Counted from the stretch's first letter, positions 42,001-56,054 are shown. The stretch is 64,000 bases of DNA from Moniliella sp. 'wahieum' (GCA_003971905.1 RSEE01000007.1:62001-126000); one strand, 5' to 3'. The notes: generated from the sequence alone by a model not told the origin. Numbers and translations: made by a program.

Positions 42001-43814
42001 GCTCAGCTAACCACTTCCCCACAAACCGCAATTGGCCGGTTGAAAAGTTTTGGATTCCAGACCTCTCGGATGTCATTAACTGATTCAGGTCGTTCGGGCT
42101 CGAGCTCGATGGCACCACAGGTCCATGCCAACGCACGTCGACTGTGGGCTGGTGCGGAATTGCGCTTTTGCGCGTCACGCGCAAAATGCGGGGCAATCGA
42201 CGAGGCCACCCGCGGTCTCGGGCCACGCCCGACAGTCCCACGTCACACTCACGCCGCGACGATGCTGTGGGCGAAGACGATCTAATGATCTAGTTAAGCT
42301 TAGTATAATGATCTAGTACACAACCCTCGGGCGCACTTGGCGAGGTGACATTATGGTGACACAATACGATAGGTGTGAGGCGCTAGGCGCTCAAACTCAA
42401 AGCTACTTGTACACCATATCCCACAGCCTGGTTCGTTTGCTTAGAGAACCCACACATCAGTCTGCACTTAATACTTGCTTCGCTTATATAGGGATCTGCG
42501 CTCCCTTTATTAGCGCTCCGTACTACTCGTCTGAGTGCTCACTAAGTGGTTGAGCCTATACTTCAGAGCGTATTACGCTTGGGGATCGTCGATAGTGCCT
42601 TTTCTTCCCTTGGTGTTTGGTCTTTGTGGGGTTTCGCTTGCGCTTACGCTTACCGGTCATATCGCGCAAGCGATGCTGTGCAATGTATCCCATGCCATAC
42701 CTTAGACATCCCCTGCTATTCTGCTATGCTATGGTATCCGTCCTATCTATGGCATCTATGCTTCGATGCTATGATAGGCTATCCTATTCTGTCCGATGAC
42801 ATGGTGCCGAAAGCTGAAAGGGTAATACCAGCTGTTGCAGACACCGTCTACTGTTTGTTATGCGCAACAACAACCAATTTCCCGACTTAGGCGCTCGGAG
42901 AGACAAGGTGGCGGCAGCGTGTACTATGTCAACGCTTTACCACATTTTGCATGCCATAGCTGGCCTATTCCCTTTCCGCTTCAATCTATCCGGCCGGGTG
43001 GGGGCAAGTGCGAGCTCTAGTTCTGAAAGCTTCGTGTCACACGGAACCATATGGGGTTTCTCTCAAAAGCGACGCTGGGCTCCCGAAACCGCATATACAC
43101 CGTTGTGGGCATTTTTTGTGGTGGCGCTCGGCGATCATATGCAGATCATCATGGGAACAACGGTCTTATTCGCCGAGCAACCGAACCCGAGCACCGAGGC
43201 AACTCTTGCCGGTCCCCCAAGGAGAGCTCTGCGCCCCACGCACGTATAACGATCGATGATCCTAGGTGAAGAATCTGAAACTGGAGAAGCTTGAAGATTG
43301 GCCTGCCGAGCGCTGGGACGAAGGCAGGTACGCATATGGGACGTTCCGTACTACTCAGCACGCAGTCTGAGTATTCACAGTTCAGCAGTTTGGCACAGCC
43401 ACTGTGGTATAGTACTTAGTGGTGCCGATCTGTGGCGACTATAAGCACACCATGGACACGCTCCCCGTGCAGCCTGATCACATGCCGACCGGTGAAGTAT
43501 GATGGGGGAAAGCGATCGATTCTCATAGGGTCAGAGCTTCCAGCGAATCAAGAATGTGGGGCACCCCATCTTCCGTGTTCCTCTTGTACACAATCCACCA
43601 CCCTATTTGTGCCTATTACTCCGTACCTCGACAGAGGGTTGTATTGTGATTTCCGGATACAGATAAATATGACTGGCACACAAACCCCGACCATTTTGAT
43701 TTCACCCACGAACTCTTCCTCCTTCCCCCCTCCCTCCTCTTCCCTCCTCTCACCCACCCCCACCACCCTCCATTCACCCTCTTTCCTTGCTTCACTCACG
43801 CTCTTTCTCTCAAC

Positions 43815-45344
43815 ATGAAGTTCACCTTCTCCCTCTCCGTTGTGGGGGTGGCCACGCTCTTGGCGGCTCTCACCAACGGTGTCGACGCCGCCTCGAACCG
43901 TCGTGGGTTGTCTCGGTCTAACCGGCACCAGATGTTCGCTCGGGACTACCCTCCTCCTCTCCAGGATCCTTTCTACCGGGCTCCTCACAACTTGAGCCAC
44001 TACAAGCCTGGTGACATCATTGAGATGCGCGAAATCAAGCCTACCATGGTTGGTCTTGTCGATTGGGCAAAACTTACCAGATCCATTTCCGCACCACCAA
44101 CTCGGCTGGTCACCCCTCCTCGTCTGTCACCACTGTCATTCAACCCGCTACTGGAGGCAAGCAAAAGATGCTTTCCTACCACTTGTGGGAGGACTCGGTT
44201 CAACGCGACTGCGCTCCCTCCTACACTGTTTTGAAGGGCCCTACTGCTCCCAACGTTATGGTTGTCGGTACGTTAGTTGCGAACGACGACTATGGTCGAC
44301 CCATGGACTACGACTGACTGATTGTGCAACACACAGGTGACGATGTCCCGATCTGGTTTGACTTTTTGCTGAGCAACGGTATCAGCGTGGTGGTTCCCGA
44401 CTACGAGGGCCCCAAGTCGGCGCTGTTCTCTGGTTTCACTGCTGGTTACATCATTCTCGACTCTGCGCGCGCTGTCCGCAAGGCACTTAATTGGGCCCCC
44501 GATGCGCAGGTTGCTATGACGGGTTATTCCGAGGGCGCTCACGTCACTGCGTGGGCGGCTAACTTGGCTCCCAGCTACGCTCCCGACCTCAACATTGTTG
44601 TGTCACCCACGGTGGGACCCCCATTGACATGGAGCTTACCCTGAAGCACTTTGACGGCTCCTCTTTCTCTGGTTTCACCATTGGCGGTATCCACGGCATG
44701 ATCGTTGCTTACAAGTCGTTCAAAGAAGCCATTGAGCAGTACGGCGGTGGATCGATTCGTCAAGACTTGTCGATCATTACCAAGCCCCCTACTTGCCACT
44801 CCATCCTCCGTGGTCCTCAGTTCGCCGGCAAGTCCTACCTAGACATGATCCAGGTGCCCGGTGGTGGCAGTGTCTACGACTGGGAGCCGTTCCGTACCAT
44901 CCTGGACCGTGAGACGCTCTGGAACAACAAGTCTTCGGTTGTGTTGGCTACCCCAAGTTCCCTCGCATGATCTACCACGGATCGGCCGACGATGTGATCA
45001 ACTTTGAGGCTGTTAACGACTACGTGAAGCAACAGTGCCAACACGGTGCTAACATTCAGTTCAACGTCTACACTGCCAACGCCCACACGGCTCCTCAACT
45101 TGTTATTGGTGGTGACCTCAATGCGATGCGTTTCGTTTTGGAGGTGTTCAACCTCAACGGCCACACCCTCAGCCCTCTCCCATGCGGCGAGCCCACTCCG
45201 TCTCTCTTGAACGCCGGAACCCTGGCCTTGGACGGCATCCTGGGCTTTGACATCATCGGATCGCTTGCGCGTCTGGGTAACCAGGCTGGCACCTTTGCCA
45301 ACATTGGTTTCGGCCCCCACGTCAACAAGACCAACAACGCCTAA
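43815..45344 (+). CDS. Secreted lipase, LIP/Candida antarctica lipase A-like family (signal peptide; intron 44268-44336)
   Basis: Signal MKFTFSLSVVGVATLLAAL; DPFY, YQIHFRTTN, LSYHLWEDS, CAPSY, VVPDYEGPK, LDSARA, nucleophile GYSEG, YAPDLNI, PKFPRMIYHG..DDVI. Confidence 0.9.
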
Positions 45345-46214
45345 GCGTTTCGCTTCACCTCTCCTTTGTTTTCTGGCGGCCACAAAGAGTGAATTTCTCG
45401 TATTCCGTCTGCAACTCTGTCTGCTTACTGGAGGGATTTTGGATACAGGGCTCTAGATTCTCTTCTCTCCCAGTTTTTGCGAGGCGGACACCCTTCTATG
45501 CGAACCGTCTGCTACAGTGTGGGATCGGTAGACACCACACACTTCAGTGTATTAGCCACATTTGTGTGTTTTTCATCAATATTTCTTCTTTACTTATTTT
45601 GGTGGTGCGGGCACCCCTAGTTCACCAGACCAACCGTGTAGGACAAAACCTCTTGAATGGAATGGTCTAATCGATGTGTTCTGCAACTCGAAGCATGTCC
45701 AGGTTGGAAGAAGTCAGCACTACTGTTGGAGTGTGGTGGCATGTGACATGTGATGCATGGTGCATGATGTGCATGATGTATGATGGCTTGATCCTCGGCC
45801 GTATGCCGCGGGCAATCGGGACTGGTCATAGAGTTGCGCGACTCGCGCGCTCCGGATTGGTTACCATCGCGCTTCGCTTCCCTCCTTCTTCTTCTCCCTA
45901 TTGCGTTCAAGGTTCAAGCTTCAAGGTCGGACTAGGGTCAGGAAGAGCTTCCAAGAAGCCATCTCTGACTGTGTTTGCGCCGTGAGTGCAATTGTCCTTA
46001 GCTTGGTAGCGTAGCGCGTATTAGCTACTTTTCTCGGTTATAAATTAACGGACAGCCGCGGTTCTGGGCTCCCATTAATCAATTGTGACAGATTCATCGC
46101 GCTCACCCATTCACCGCCCAACAATGTAGTTTTCGCTCTACTAGTCCCCATTCTTTCAAGCCCGACATTGCTATGCTCCACCTTCAACTGTTGAAGACTA
46201 CACTGCCACACATA

Positions 46215-47936
46215 TTACTGGCGTCGCCACAAAAATATATACCTCTTGTAATTTCTCGTCTGGTAATGCTGATCGGGACCGGGCGGTTCGATGGCGATTC
46301 TATCCAGCGTTGAACGTTGAATCTTCTTCCCACATTGGATCCAAGAGGGCGTCCTGAGAACCAGGCGTGACCACTTTTGTGCTGTCGAGATCCTGGAGAA
46401 TGGGATCCTTGGTGTCTTCAATCCTCATGAACCTTTACTAACAGAAGCCCATCAAAAACGGGACCACGAATGTGGATGATGGCTGGTGAATATAACGGGT
46501 GCAAGACTGGATTCGTGAAAACGATGGTGGTGGGGAAGCCCCCAGATAACGCCATTCTGTGCCTGATACGACATTGGAAGGCCGTGTCAATATTCAATGA
46601 TATATGATCATACTGGTGCAGATTGGACCCTTTTCTATCGGTCCAGAGTTCGGAAGGGATGCCGAAAGCAGGAAGGTCGGGATCGCTTTGAAGCATCGAG
46701 TCTCAAAAAACAGGAACTGCACTGCCGTATTGAGTCGGAAATTTGTGAGAATCATGTCAAGTACCATTGAGGAAGAGCTGTTCGCCACCAGCGGTCCAGA
46801 TCCCATCGGCCTTCAGTGGAACATGGCCCGGTACACATACTGCATCGGGCAGGCAGTGTATGTAGGATGTGGTTCTGAGATCTGAGATCAGATCTGAGAT
46901 TTGAGGAGAGGTACAGGAGGGTATGAGAAGGTAGGGGCTTATATAGCCGAGGGTATCACGGAACAGAGGGAGCGTTCGGGCAGAAAAGAGGGGCGATGCC
47001 TATCACGCAGGATGGCTTGATTGGGGCATTGCCCCAACACCACCACCACGACCGGAGGCGGACGAGGCGATGAAGAACGGGCACATGGTGGAGGTGCCAT
47101 GGTCGAACAGCCCCACCCGCCTCGTGTGAGAAGAAGCGTGGATGTAGGATGTAGGATGCAGGCCGTCGAGATGGTAAACACCTTCTTCAATGACGGGCTC
47201 CCCCATCCTCAAGGAAGGGGTCACCTCGGGCGGGGGCGGGAAGAGCGTGAGTGAGATGGTGGTTGACGAGAGGCGTGCACCTAGCGTTACTGCTGGCTAA
47301 TAAAGGCGGCGTTGGCCTGTATGCGCGGGAGCGGGAAGGTGGCAGAACGCCGGCGCGTAAGCCAGTTGAGAGAGAAAGGCTGTGTATACTACCATTGCTC
47401 TTCCGTTTCGACCATGGGCCCGCCAGCGTTGATGAATGGGTGGGAAGATGATCTTGGCCAAAGTTGACCAATGCTGGGCAGCGCCCCCATGCGGGCGAAA
47501 GCCCCACCATGCAGGCGGACAGCCCCACCATGCGCGCAGACAGCCCCACCATGTGGAGGCGGTTGTCGGTAAGGGGGGAGGCGCGTATAGGGGCGATTCT
47601 TGTCAAGGGGAAAGGCCATAAAGTTGAAGAACCAATGTGCAGCCCAACTGAAAGGTCGACGCTGGTAGAGAAACGGTCGATCCCCTCTCCGTGGGCGAGG
47701 AAGGGTAGCTGGGCTGGAGAAGGGCAAGGCGCTGACGGACGGCCGCAGCAAGCTCGAGATGAGGATGCGTTCGCCGTGTGGAAGGTCTTGTGCCTCTTGG
47801 AGGGCTTGAAGGTCTGCGCCAGGACAGGGCCGGGTGCCTCGGGTGAGAGGGCGTTGCTGTCTGCGCCGCGACTGAACCGGTGCCTTCGCCGAGGTCTTGT
47901 ATCGAACAGCGAGTCTTGAGGCCAGGGTACGTTCAT
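46215..47936 (-). other. Possible hypothetical or degenerate gene; contains a 21-bp repeat x3 at about 47500-47552
   Basis: Co-directional ORFs 47187-47936, 46418-46696 and 46215-46421; no family recognised. Confidence 0.25.
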
Positions 47937-48633
47937 AGGTATCGGCTCCTGCGCTTCCTCAGTTTTGAAGATGAATTGAAAATGTTATACTCCAATCCTT
48001 TCCCTCTTACTCTGCCTCCTCTCCGCCTCCCTTTTGCCTTTCGCCTCCAATCGCCAAATGCCAAAAATATCTGCCAGTCTCTTACGAAAAAGTATCTCTT
48101 CCTCTCACGCCCCCCCCCAAGGTTGTTTCTGCTTTGCGGTTTTGCCTTCTCTGTGATGGGATGGCATGTGACGGTGGCAGTGCCAGCGAGAGACGTTTAG
48201 ATGGCGGTCAAAATTCAAAAGTTAACGACCGTCACGGTCGCGTGTCCGGCCATCAAATCCAGAGTCTTTAAGCAACGCAGAATCATGAAACCGTTCAGTT
48301 GTGCCAGTAGTCAATACCAGTATTACCTGCGTGGTCGTCAAACGCATGCCTTGCCCTCCGGGCGCTAAGAAGGAATGCTTTTACCTCGAGGAGCCGCGGT
48401 CGATGAGAACAGAATCACTAGCCGGCTATGAGTATGACCACGATCTGCCTGGATGGAAGACACATGCTTGCAGCATGGCTCCTTGGCCCGTGAGCGACAA
48501 CAAGAGAGAGGAGGACGACAATCTGGTCGGGAGTGGAGAGGCCAGGCCAGACTGTCAGGGAAAGGGGGAGGGCAGATGAAGAGGTGGAAGGGGTGCGCCC
48601 CATGTGGCACACCACCTTCGGGCTACCTTCGGT

Positions 48634-48916
48634 TTACTCCACGAATGTGGGGAAGCACTCCTTGAGCGTCTGAGAGGGTAAAAAGTTAGCGCAGTCGGCC
48701 ATTGCCAGGGGCGACGTACTTTCTTGTGCTTATCCTCGGCATGGACGGTAAGCGCAGGCGCCTTGGTGGTCTGGAGGAAGGTTTGGCGGCAGGTCATGCA
48801 CTGGATGGTGAGCGCCTTCTCGTTCGCCTTGAGGTTGGAGGTGGGGCCTTCTTGGCTGCGGCCTTGGCGTTGCGTTCGCGCTTCTGCGCTGCTTTGGCTC
48901 CGTTGCCGCCGCCCAT
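48634..48916 (-). CDS. Small 4F5/SERF-like C2H2 zinc protein (At2g23090/ZNF706-like; intron 48670-48719)
   Basis: MGGGNGAKAAQKRERNAK..SNLKANEKALTIQCMTCRQTFLQTTKAPALTVHAEDKHKK | TLKECFPTFVE-stop. Confidence 0.88.
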
Positions 48917-50350
48917 GCTGGTAGGTGCGGTGGTGGAGGGGAGGCAAGATGTCGGGCGTCAGCCGCTGGGCCCCTGCCACGTGGCTTGCGAGCGATGGCA
49001 GTGAAAAAGTGGTGCAGGGCATTGCACCGATCGGACGCGGGTCGATTCAGGACGAGAGTGATGTGCTGTGATGGCCGTCTGCGGCGTGCTTCAGCGTGAG
49101 ACCATCCGCAGCAAACATCGAATCCAGCTCCCGTCGATTTCAATTCTCACACAGCCCCCGCTGTATCGTTGGCAGCCTCGGGGGAAGGGGTGTGCTACAA
49201 GACAACGGTGGGCGGCTTGACCATCTGCCCGGACCGCGTCCAACGGGCGACTCCGCCTACCAGAGCGGAGGCAGGTCGACACTCGTTTCGAGCTCATAAG
49301 GACGTGGAATGGGCTGAAAGGTGCAGCAGAGGTAGTCAAACCACTGGACCTGGGACGAGTGCAATGGATGTCGCTATATACAGTAGCTGATGGTGGCCAC
49401 TTTTGGCATCTCGAGGGGATGCCGCTCATCCCAACGGCATCCACGCAGCAGTTTGTCTTTCTTTTTGGGGGGCACGTATGCCCCCGTATCCATAAAGTAC
49501 AGTAACACGAAGTGGGTGAGATCGACACTCAGAGTAGAGGAAGATGTGGTAGTTTGCACTGCTAAACAACGGCAAACCGTCTTCCAGAGCTGTGGGACCG
49601 GCGAGCGTCGTGTTGTACGGAAGCTGTGGTCGTACAGCAACTGTGGAGTTCAGAGTTGATCAAGAAGCCTGTCTGTGAGTATGGTCTAATGACGGATTTT
49701 GTACCAAATGAGTGCTGAGCGGGGGAGGATGCGTATATACCAGTGCTGCTTTCGTCCAGGAGGTAGACTGGGGACTGTGCTGTGGCCACCCGAGAGGGTC
49801 AGGCTCTTCCATGCAGAGCCATTATTCTTTCTCTGCAATGTGCTCGTCCTGTTCATCTACTGTGTGGGTAGAATCTGCGCCGTGACAAGCATGCCGGAGA
49901 GAGACTGTAATGCAACAGATCCGCCGATGGGAGAGCACCTTACACGTCCGTTTGCATGGACGGAGGCCGGTTAGCGCGGTGGGCACCTGGGTGGGATGTC
50001 GGGCGCTCGGCAAACGGTGCGGCGCCTCGACCATTATGTGCAGGATGGTGGGACGCATCATGTCGGGGTTGCTGGGAGCGGACGTACCAGCACGGGGTGT
50101 ACCTGGTGGGGTACCGCGTTATACTGAGTACTGGTTGAGATTTCAAGATCACGCTTCGAGCGTGGGGCCGGTCGCCAGGAACCGGTGACTGGCACCCGTC
50201 ACGTGTCACGCGTCACCGCCAAGTGCGGGGCAGAAGGGCGACACTGGCGCTGTGCCTGCGACAAGGGATCGGCACGGCCCCGCACGGCGGCGCCCACCAC
50301 GTGGGCTAGGGTTGGGCTGCTCGCCCTCCCCGCCTTCGCACTCGGCGGGC

Positions 50351-51859
50351 ATGCCGGCGGCCGGCCAGCGCGCCTCCATCGCTGCCACCACCACCGCCAT
50401 GAGCTCCACCCTGGTCACAGATCTCTTCGTCAAGCCCCTCTCCGATGTCGCTGCATGCGACTCCACCACGATCCGATGGGGCTTCGAAGGCCACCCTGGC
50501 GAAGAAGACATGCTCCTCATCAAGATTTTGCCGCCTCGGACAATTCCAACCTAGTCAACCTCACCGAGCAGCGCCAGGTGCAGATCGTCACCCTCGGCCA
50601 CGGCACCGAGTACCGCCGCCTCGACTGGCGCGCAATTGTGCCCCCGGGCCAGTACCGTCTCTTCATTCAAGACGACCAGTCCGGGAAGAATGCCACCACC
50701 TTCTCTTTAACATCTACCCCCCCGCCAAAGGCAATGGCGACTGTTACAAATACAGCGACTCACCCAACCCGTCCCCCTGCCCGCCAACGTAGCCAAACAG
50801 AGCCCGGCGAGGCCCAACCCAAGTCCAGCGTCGTTGCTCCCTCGGTTGTGGTTCCTGTGGTGGTGGTACTCATGCTGGCATTGCTAGCTGGGTGGATGTG
50901 CTGGCGTCGACGTGGGCGCGGCAAGCGGGCGGGTCGTTGGAGCTCGTTCAACGCGTTTATCCCCGCCCTATGCCGGGTACCTCGCACTCCCAAAAACGCC
51001 GCAAAAAGGACAAGTTGTCTGTCGCGTTGCCCAGCCCGCCCGTTTCCGCTGCCGCTCGCCAAACCACGGCACGGCAGCTCAACGAGACTGATTTGGGCGT
51101 ATATGGCTTTGTGAACACCGAGGGCGATGCCTACCCGATGAATGACCGCTCTTCCGCTCATCGTCGCTCTGCCCGGCCGGGCTCGCTGCGCTCCACTCGT
51201 ACGCCGGCGCAGGAAGAGAAGGATCATTTGCTCTATGACTCACACGGCTCCGACTCGTACGAGGACGATGGTATGGAAGATGATGAGGACTTTAGGTCGT
51301 CCATGGTGCTACGCTGTACGATGCGAACCGGGGCAGTTTGTTGCCGGCGGGAAGGGGCAAGATGTTGGTTGTGCCACAGAGTATGGGGCGGAACGAAGCC
51401 GAGCAGGCCGACCCGTTATTCCGGTATGGCGATGGTTCTGACCGTCTTGCCCAATCCCGCCCGCGCTCCACTCGACGCGGCGAACGCCCGCGTGACGAAG
51501 AGGAGATGGGTATGCTCTCTTCGTTCCGGCCCAACGCGCGTCGGCCGCCCAATGCCCCCAAGAAACGCGACTCTTCCACCTCCTATGCTTACTCGACCGA
51601 GTCGAACGAGGAGCGTCGGCTTGGTTCGGGCTCCGGTTCGGGCTCCGGATCCGGTTCCCACGCTCACCTCTTCACTGGACGGATGGGGTACGGAGAAAGC
51701 GAGGGATACGGCGACATTCCCACTCTGCCCACCTCCACCTTTTCCCTGCGTCCGCCGACGTCGGCCAAGACGCGGGAGCATCACCACGAGGCATCCTTGA
51801 GCGCGTCGCCGTCGGGCCAAGCACGGCCGCTGACAGGGCGCAAGTCGCGTCCCTACTGA
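50351..51859 (+). CDS. Hypothetical single-pass membrane protein (beta-rich ectodomain, disordered tail)
   Basis: Joined frames: ACDSTTIRWGF..LDWRAIVPPGQYRLFI..; TM segment VVAPSVVVPVVVVLMLALLAGWMCW followed by RRR; Ser/Arg-rich tail. Confidence 0.6.
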
Positions 51860-51899
51860 CGCGAGCGATGATCGCTGTTACCGTGTATCCTACTTGACT

Positions 51900-52090
51900 T
51901 TGCTTGATTGCACTGCATTGCACTGTACTGGATTGGATTGGATTGGATTGGATTGGATTGGATTGGATTGGATTGGATGGATTGGATTGGATTGGATTGG
52001 ATTGGATTGGATTGGATTGGATTGGATTGGATTGGATTGGATTGGAATTGCATTGCATTGCACTGTACTGGATTGGATTGGAATGGATTG
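51900..52090. repeat. (GGATT)n/(GCATT)n pentamer satellite between convergent 3' ends
   Basis: Read directly; about 38 units. Confidence 0.97.
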
Positions 52091-52118
52091 GCGGGTGCAC
52101 GTTGCACACAGAACGCAG

Positions 52119-55100
52119 CTAAGGGTAGATAGATAGTAGCTCGGACTGCTGAAGTTGACGTTGAAAGCACAATCCATGCAGATTCGTCGCTCCAGCCCGC
52201 CTTGAGCGCTTCAGCGGCCGCGTCGCCTGCCCAGCAAAGAGGGGCCTGGGAGCGGGGCCTGGTCGGTGACCGTGGCCGCTGGACGCAGCCTGACGAAGCG
52301 GGACGAGAGGACGTGCTGGCGGGCAGCGAAGGCGCGGAGGCGGAGGGCGGAGCTGCCGCCAAAGCGGGCGGCGGCACGAAAGGAGGCGCGCTGTCGGCTG
52401 CGGTGGCGCCAGATCTGCAACGCATCGGCAAGCAGACGTTCGCTGGTCCCAGTCCAGCGCTTGGTTGCGTGCCTGGGCGCGCGGCAGTTGCGCCAGCCAG
52501 CGGTCGAGCACGCGAGCGCGTACATGGGTATGCCACATGCGGATCGCGACCAGCTCCGGCGTCTGCGCGCACCACACCGCCATCGTCGATGCCAGCACCG
52601 CCCGTCCGCGGCGGAGCAGCACCTCGTACTCTGCCTCGCGCAGCGACGCCTCGCGCGTCTGGTCGTACCAGCGCTCCATGGCAGCCGAGAGGAGGCGCGT
52701 GTTGTGCGCGGCGCGCAGTCGCTTGCACGTCTGCGCCTCCACCGCCCGGTCCACCCACACAGCCAAGGTGCGCCGCAGCGTGCGTCTGCGCTTCTCGGCC
52801 ACGAGAGCACGTAGTGTACCGCGCCTCTGGGCAGCGAGCCAGAGGGTGCGCCATGCACCCCAGGCCCGGTGCACCAGCCGCAGTTGGTACTCTTCCCACG
52901 CATCCAGCTCCAGCTCAAGCACCGCCGTCGTCTGGGCCGCCCAGCGCTGAACTACCGCGCGCAACATCTGCTGCTCCCGTTGCTGCACCAAGTGGTCGCA
53001 CACGGCACGGTGGGTGCGCCGCCGCACCATGCTGCTCCTCCACGTCGAGAAGGTGGTGTGCAATACCGCGGCTTGGCTTTCGGTGACAAACGCCTGCACT
53101 CGTACCTGGCTCAGCCGGTCGCGCCACCGACGGAACACGGTCGCACAGAGCAGCGTGGCAGCGATGCGCTCGGCGCTCTCTCGCCACTGGCGGTGCAAGC
53201 GTACACGGATCCGCCACCGCTGCATCGCCCGACGGAGCAACCCGCGCTGCTCGGCCCGCTCCACCGCCTCGTCTCTCGCCTGGATACGGTGCAGCTTGGC
53301 CCGCCAGCGAGCGAGGAGGTGCGCTGCGCTGTGCGTCTGCCTTGCGCGGGCGAACTGATGGACGCGCGGCATACCATGTCTGCTTTTCCTGCAGACGATC
53401 ACGCCACTGGGCCAAAACCTTGGCTTGGAGCCGTCCTTGGCGCGCCTGGAGGTAGAGGACAGTACGGTAGCGGGAGCGCCACGTGTGCAGCGCGCGTTGC
53501 AGCACCCCCCAGTTGTGCCTGGCTTGGATGGGGGGCAGGAGCAGCTCAAGTTCCTTCACGGCTGCCAGCCGTGCGCGCCAGCGGTCAAGCACCGCCAAGG
53601 TTACCTTTCGTGCCGCCCTGCGGTCGGCTTTGAGCTGAAGTTTGCGCCGTTGCAGCGAAGCGATGGCGACTTGTTTTAGGCGATGTACAGCCCAGACCTG
53701 GACGCGGCGCGGAGCCCATGCCTGTTCGAGTGTTGCCAGTGCCCTGAAGAGGCGGGGTCAGCGTTCGGTCAGGGTCACAGTAACAGATGGGAGCAGGGGG
53801 ACATACAAGTTCTTCCGCCATCGGTCCCAGGTGGAGTGGAGAAGAGTACGGTTATGTTGGTGCTGGAGGTGAGTTTCAATCGGACGCAGGGTCGAGGCCG
53901 TGAACCAGTGACAAACGTCTGCCTCAAGACCCGTAGTTGCCAATGCTTCTGGGCGTGCAGCACCAAAACCTGTGATGTATGTGTTGCATGGCGTTCAAGT
54001 GCCAGAGCGCAAACGCACCGCGGAGCAGATGGGCGTCACGGAAGCGTTGGGAACGACGGAGAGGTAGGTATGCCTCCAACGATAGAAGCTGGCCTGGACC
54101 AACCGAATCTGGTGTTGCTCCTTCACGGTGGACCAAGCCGCACGAAGGAGACGAGACCGCGCTTTGTGCACCCGCTCGCGCCGCGTGCGAAAGGAGGTGA
54201 CCCAAGCGGAACGCAGTGTGCCGCGGACGGTTCTGGTCCCACTGGATGGCCAACCTGCGCAGGCGGTCGAGATCGCTGTGCTGTTCACGCCAGTGCTGGA
54301 GGCACTTGCGGAGCAGATGGCGTCGTTCGTTTCCGCTACTCGTGTAAGGCGCTGGTGGCGAGTACGAAGGCACGCAATCCACTGGTCCAGTGCCAACCTG
54401 AGCAACCTGCGATGATCCATCGCCTCCGCCTCGACAAGAAGTCCATGCTGCCTCTCTTCCTGCAGCAGTGCGGAGCGAGCAGACGAGGCAGCTCCTGCTC
54501 CTGCCGTTGTTTTCGCGAAGCAGCGATGACACTCGAATAATGTGCACCTACTTGCCCTGGCAGGGCGGGGGCGGGGTACGGGCCAAAGTCGAGGGGACGG
54601 AGCGCTCAGGACGGATCACAGATTCGGCAACTGCATCCGAACGGTGGGTAGGCCTGTGGCATACGGATACGGCCCTATGTGCGCTGGGACCGCTGGTCGA
54701 GACGGGGAGGCAGGTGTGGTGTGTTTTCCGCTCTCCTTTGCCGTGCTCGCTCTCTCCATCCACCCGTGCTGGCTGGAGGCGTGCTAAAGGAGGAGAGAGT
54801 GCTTATGCGAGAAAATGAAGTTTGGGGATGGGGCCGACGTGGAGAGAAGTCGTGTTGGGAGGCAGTCGGACGCGGAAGACTGTCTGGCTGTAGTCTTCTG
54901 GAGGAGGGACGGGTGGGAAAGGGAGAGGGGGACGGGGATGGGGATGGTGTGGCATTCCTTCCAGCAACGACTGCAGTAGAAGCAGAACCAAACCGGACGT
55001 GCGTGGCTTTCGGGTGCTTGTTCCTCGCTCATCAGTATCCGATGACGCGTCCCCAGTAGAGGAGGTCCAGGGCGGTGCGGTCAGAGGAGGAGGCGGAGAC

Positions 55101-55718
55101 TTCAGAGGCCTCCTCAGAGGTGGCCAGCTCGGCCTCGTCGCGAGGCAGCGGCGCCGACAGGGCCGTCCTTGCCCGGGCACTCGTGCCTATACCAAGGGGT
55201 ACGAGCGAATGGGAAAGAAAGGGGGCCTTGCTTGGGGGACCAGGACTGTGGGGGCCTGGACGGGAGGTACCGGCCGAGGTGGAGCTGCTGCCACTCCCGG
55301 CGGGCGCAGTGCGGGATGGGCCCCTCCCCATCGAAAGAGATGCTGCTGGTCGAGTTGTCAACATCAGTCTCCAGGACAGTACGAACAGCAGCCCACTTGC
55401 TCGCCCAGGAGGCACCGCGGACGCCGAGAGGCGCAACAGAATGTCCCACAGCGCGGCGTCCTGCTCCCGCCCAATGTGGGAGACAGAACATTGCAGCGCA
55501 TATGCCTGCTTCATCAGTGAGATCAGCCGCGCCAGCGGGGAGGCGGGCAATGCATCGTCGAAGAACTGGATTTGGGAGGGCGTGATGCGAGAAAATGCGG
55601 CGCGGTCGATGTTGGAGCCGGGCAACATGCTAGCAGTAGAGTAGGAGAGGGAGAGGGAAGCATCGGGGGCAAGGGTCCTATCGCGCCCAAGCAGACTGGA
55701 CGCGGGGTGGACGCCCAT
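52119..55718 (-). CDS. SFI1: Sfi1 spindle-pole-body centrin-binding repeat protein (ends approximate; introns and indels)
   Basis: Many A-x7-LL-x3-F/L-x2-W[RK] repeats: LLRKCLQHWRE, LLRLALDQW, LLRGAFALW, VLQRALHTWRSR, LLRRAMQRWR, TVFRRWRDRL, LHTTFSTWR. Confidence 0.82.
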
Positions 55719-56054
55719 TCCATCCACGCATCCTGGCCAAGCGAACGCTGTGGTGCGAGGCGGCGGCGGGGAGAGGCGGGTGTGTGCGGTGTTGGTGCGG
55801 GTTGGTGCGGGTGTTAGTGCTGGTGCTGGAGAGTAAACGCGTTCTTTTCAATGGCTGGTCGTCGTCGCCTAATAAATCGAAAATCGGTCCAATCCAACGC
55901 CCAGCCCCGTTACTTGTGCACTGATTGAATTTCCCCAGGCGCGCCCGCCTTGTCTGCAACCACAACTAATTGCTTGCTACAACCACCACAGACGCCCACC
56001 AAGAGGAGTGTCAAGCCGGGCGAGCACCTCCCGCCGCACCAAACGATTGTATTC

